The position numbers were made by a program, and so were the translations under genes. This document shows, one piece after another, positions 61,501 through 64,000 of a DNA stretch of 64,000 nt (position 1 is the stretch's first letter; each line of letters starts with the position of its first letter). Source of the DNA: Acanthaster planci (Eukaryota); the NCBI RefSeq assembly GCF_001949145.1, contig NW_019091361.1, forward strand, positions 2,651,825-2,715,824, in the 5' to 3' direction. The notes beneath the pieces were generated by a model that was not told the DNA's origin, did not search any database, and saw nothing but the letters and a program-made list of their open reading frames with translations.

Positions 61501-63702
61501 TTAAGTCACTAATGATGAGGAGGATTTCCTTTTGTGCAAACTGCGATGAATTAATTCCTGTGATATTTTTCACACCTGTGAGCTCATGCATATGAAATTG
61601 TAATTTACATGCTAAAATTTCAACTTTCTAAATCATTATGTCGTAAAAAAACCCAAATTGCCAAGTCCTTGGGCAAAAGTACGGTCCTTTCGCACACTGA
61701 TATTGATCATTTCCCATAATGCACCGTGAAATAACAGCTTCTCTCTTGATACGCTGTGCCCTATCACCACTCTGAGGCTGTCTCCGAAACGGATTTCCAG
61801 AGCTATGGCTGGGTCTGTTGTCTGCGCTTATCCACCTATTTCCAATGAAGCGAAGACCTAGACTTAGCTCTAGACAATAGATTCACATTCAGCCTAAGTG
61901 TGATGTCTGTCTTCCTACCTGGACATCATCTGTTAATTCCGCCATCTTGTAAGCCATCAATGCTGCATTTCCTCCGACGCTGTACTGTCATATACAAAAG
62001 GACAGTCAGAACAAATTAATCACTCCAGGGTTAGGTGTCCTGATGGGTCATGTAACTTCTTATTCAGCTCGTAACTTCCATGGGTTACAAATGATTAATG
62101 CAGTCTGTGGGGTTCGCTTGGTCTTCTAGCTAGAAAATACTAGAGATTCATCTGTTACTCTCTGCCATGGCTTCAGGATAAAGTGTGTTCCTTGGCAGCA
62201 AGTGCTTGGAAATGGTGCAAAATTTATATTACTGAAGTCAGAGACCCGAAATCAAGTCAAACAACTCTGCTGTTATGCAATGCTCAACTTCAAGCATTAA
62301 CCACTTGCCTGCGGGTTCCCAATGCCGGGTACACTGGGTTTGTACCTTTAGGCGGGGTGCCCGAAATTGGACAAAGGAGCTGGGCCTTGTAACAATGACC
62401 ATACTCGGGACAAAAGACTGAGCTGCTGGCAATTGCCATCATTTTTCAGCTGACATTAGCGGATGTAATTCGTCATTGTTTTGAAATAGTATACCACTGT
62501 TTGCGGCATTCAGCACCCGCGGATTATCAGCGGGAACAAAAGTGCTCCAGCATTCAACAGATGAGTGATATAGAACCGCTGCAAGCAAATCTGACCGCAT
62601 TTGAGAAGAAACCACTGGCATTCAGCAACACACTGGGCCAATTTCGGGAACAAACAAAATTACGCAACACCACACAATCTGGGCTCTCTTTACTGGGTGG
62701 GAGGCCTGGCTGCAATACTTGGGTATCAATGGAGGTTGCCTGTCAGATTAAAGTAGCCATCAGACAGTCATTTGTGCGGGTGTAAACATCCAGTAAATGA
62801 AGTTATGAATTTTTGAAAAATTTTGAAAATGGAAAATTGTCCGGGAACTCGTCCCACATATGCAAATTCCACCCGGCAGGAAGTGGTTAAAGCTGCCCGG
62901 CAAGCACCGGCTGTACAACACCAAAGCACCACCCCAACCCTTGCTTGTAAGACCTGCCTCCAACCTACCTCCTTATGCTCCAGTTTGTCAGCTGCTTCAA
63001 TGATTCTCTTGTAAACCTCTCCATTGGCAAAGAATCTCTCTGCGGCTGCTCCAGACTCAAAGAAGTGAGCAAAGCTCTCCTGCAAGTCGCTCAACGAGTT
63101 CAGCAGGGCGTGATCTTGGCTAGCACCTGGTTTGATGTCCAGCTTATCGAGGAGGGATATGGCAGACACTATCAAATCTGCATTAACGTTTAATCTGAAG
63201 AAAACAGAACCGACGTGTATGCTATCACATGGGTAAGAATGAGTGACTTCCTCATTCTCTAATCTTCCAAACTGAAAAATCACTCGGTTTCGCTCTTAGT
63301 ACCCAGTGCTGAAATCAAAATAACCATGAGAAATTGAAGTGGTGTATCAAACCAAGCAGGTTACACATTGTTAAGATCTTGTCTTTGTTTTATTAACATT
63401 CAGGAAATGTTTGTAACCCGTGGAGCGAGTAAGGCTGGTATTATATTGATGGACATATTTTCTGCCCTCTGTGCCTTGTTTTAGCCCCTAAGTTACATGT
63501 AGATTCAACCTTACCCAACAGCTACGCGCTTGACCTTGTTCATGGGTTCCTGGATAGTTCGCGCCCATGCCTGTACAATCTGGGCCTCAGCTGATGTGGT
63601 TGATCTGGCATTAAGGACGGTGTCAGAGGAGTTGAGATTGCAGTTGTATAGGTAAGCAGTGGCAACGAGTACAATAGCCAATATGAGTGGACTCCATTCC
63701 AT
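58588..63702 (-). CDS. ADPGK: ADP-dependent glucokinase (484 aa)
   Basis: Exons 63702-63515, 63194-62969, 61984-61919, 60927-60696, 60300-60116, 59145-58588 (1455 nt). N-terminal signal/anchor; motifs VAVGLNVNADL, GAAAERF, VGGNAALMA, DEVHLIMEY, RFITSHD, SGLH, HLELAS, SLGLNEQEL, RIHFHSL, catalytic TVGLGDAISA. Confidence 0.95.
61035..61140 (+). mobile_element. Degenerate SINE core-like fragment
   Basis: gcctctctttacccaggg...atatgggt...gggagtaacctgtgatgaactggca resembles the conserved central domain of marine-invertebrate SINEs (recalled, not aligned). Confidence 0.4.
61200..61371. mobile_element. Palindromic MITE, copy 3 (TA-bounded, opposite orientation)
   Basis: TAcgggcgattcacaatagtgcg...cactattgtgaaacggctgTA. 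Confidence 0.8.
62360..62712 (-). repeat. Old interspersed repeat, copy B (ADPGK intron 2)
   Basis: gggccttg..atactcgggacaaaagac..ttgttttgaaatagtataccac..gcggatta..ggcctggctg mirrors 43125-43465. Confidence 0.7.
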
Positions 63703-64000
63703 CCTGACATAACAGAAAAAATGGAAATTATTCAAGATTCAAACGGAGAAACTAGTTTTGGAGAAAATCCACTTGGACTTTAACAAACTTCATTTTGCAA
63801 TTGCAAACATGAGTGAGCCGTATTCCATTTCAAGGTAACTGTGGAAAAAGAAAAACAAGGTTCAGTTGGACAGTGTATTTTTGAAGGAGCTCAAATTTAA
63901 ATTCAAAACTAGAGGAATGTGGTTGTGAACAACCACAGAGCTGCTTCAGATTCAGAGAGTTTTTTAAACATCATTTGTATATTTTGTGAACAATTTGATT

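Overview
Eukaryotic, intron-rich animal DNA. It is probably an invertebrate deuterostome such as a sea star; this is inferred from gene structure and repeat content, not proven. Six protein-coding genes can be rebuilt by hand from splice sites and reading frame: the 5' part of a PARP8/PARP6-like gene (-, runs off the left edge), BTBD1/2 (+), glucose-6-phosphate 1-epimerase (-) head-to-head with VPS45 (+; one exon broken by an N gap), a C-type lectin + PAN/apple protein with a single-exon CDS (+), and ADP-dependent glucokinase ADPGK (-, with a GC-AG intron). Non-coding DNA holds tRNA-derived SINEs, several MITE families and a probable solo LTR. It also holds a Penelope-type inverted repeat with a hammerhead ribozyme motif and a triple tandem hairpin array. 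I found no convincing wholly novel system. The best leads are the hammerhead inverted repeat, the hairpin array, the chained uORFs at BTBD1/2, an unexplained GC-rich island at about 46 kb, and apparent ancient synteny. Gene identities come from recalled family motifs; no database search was run.
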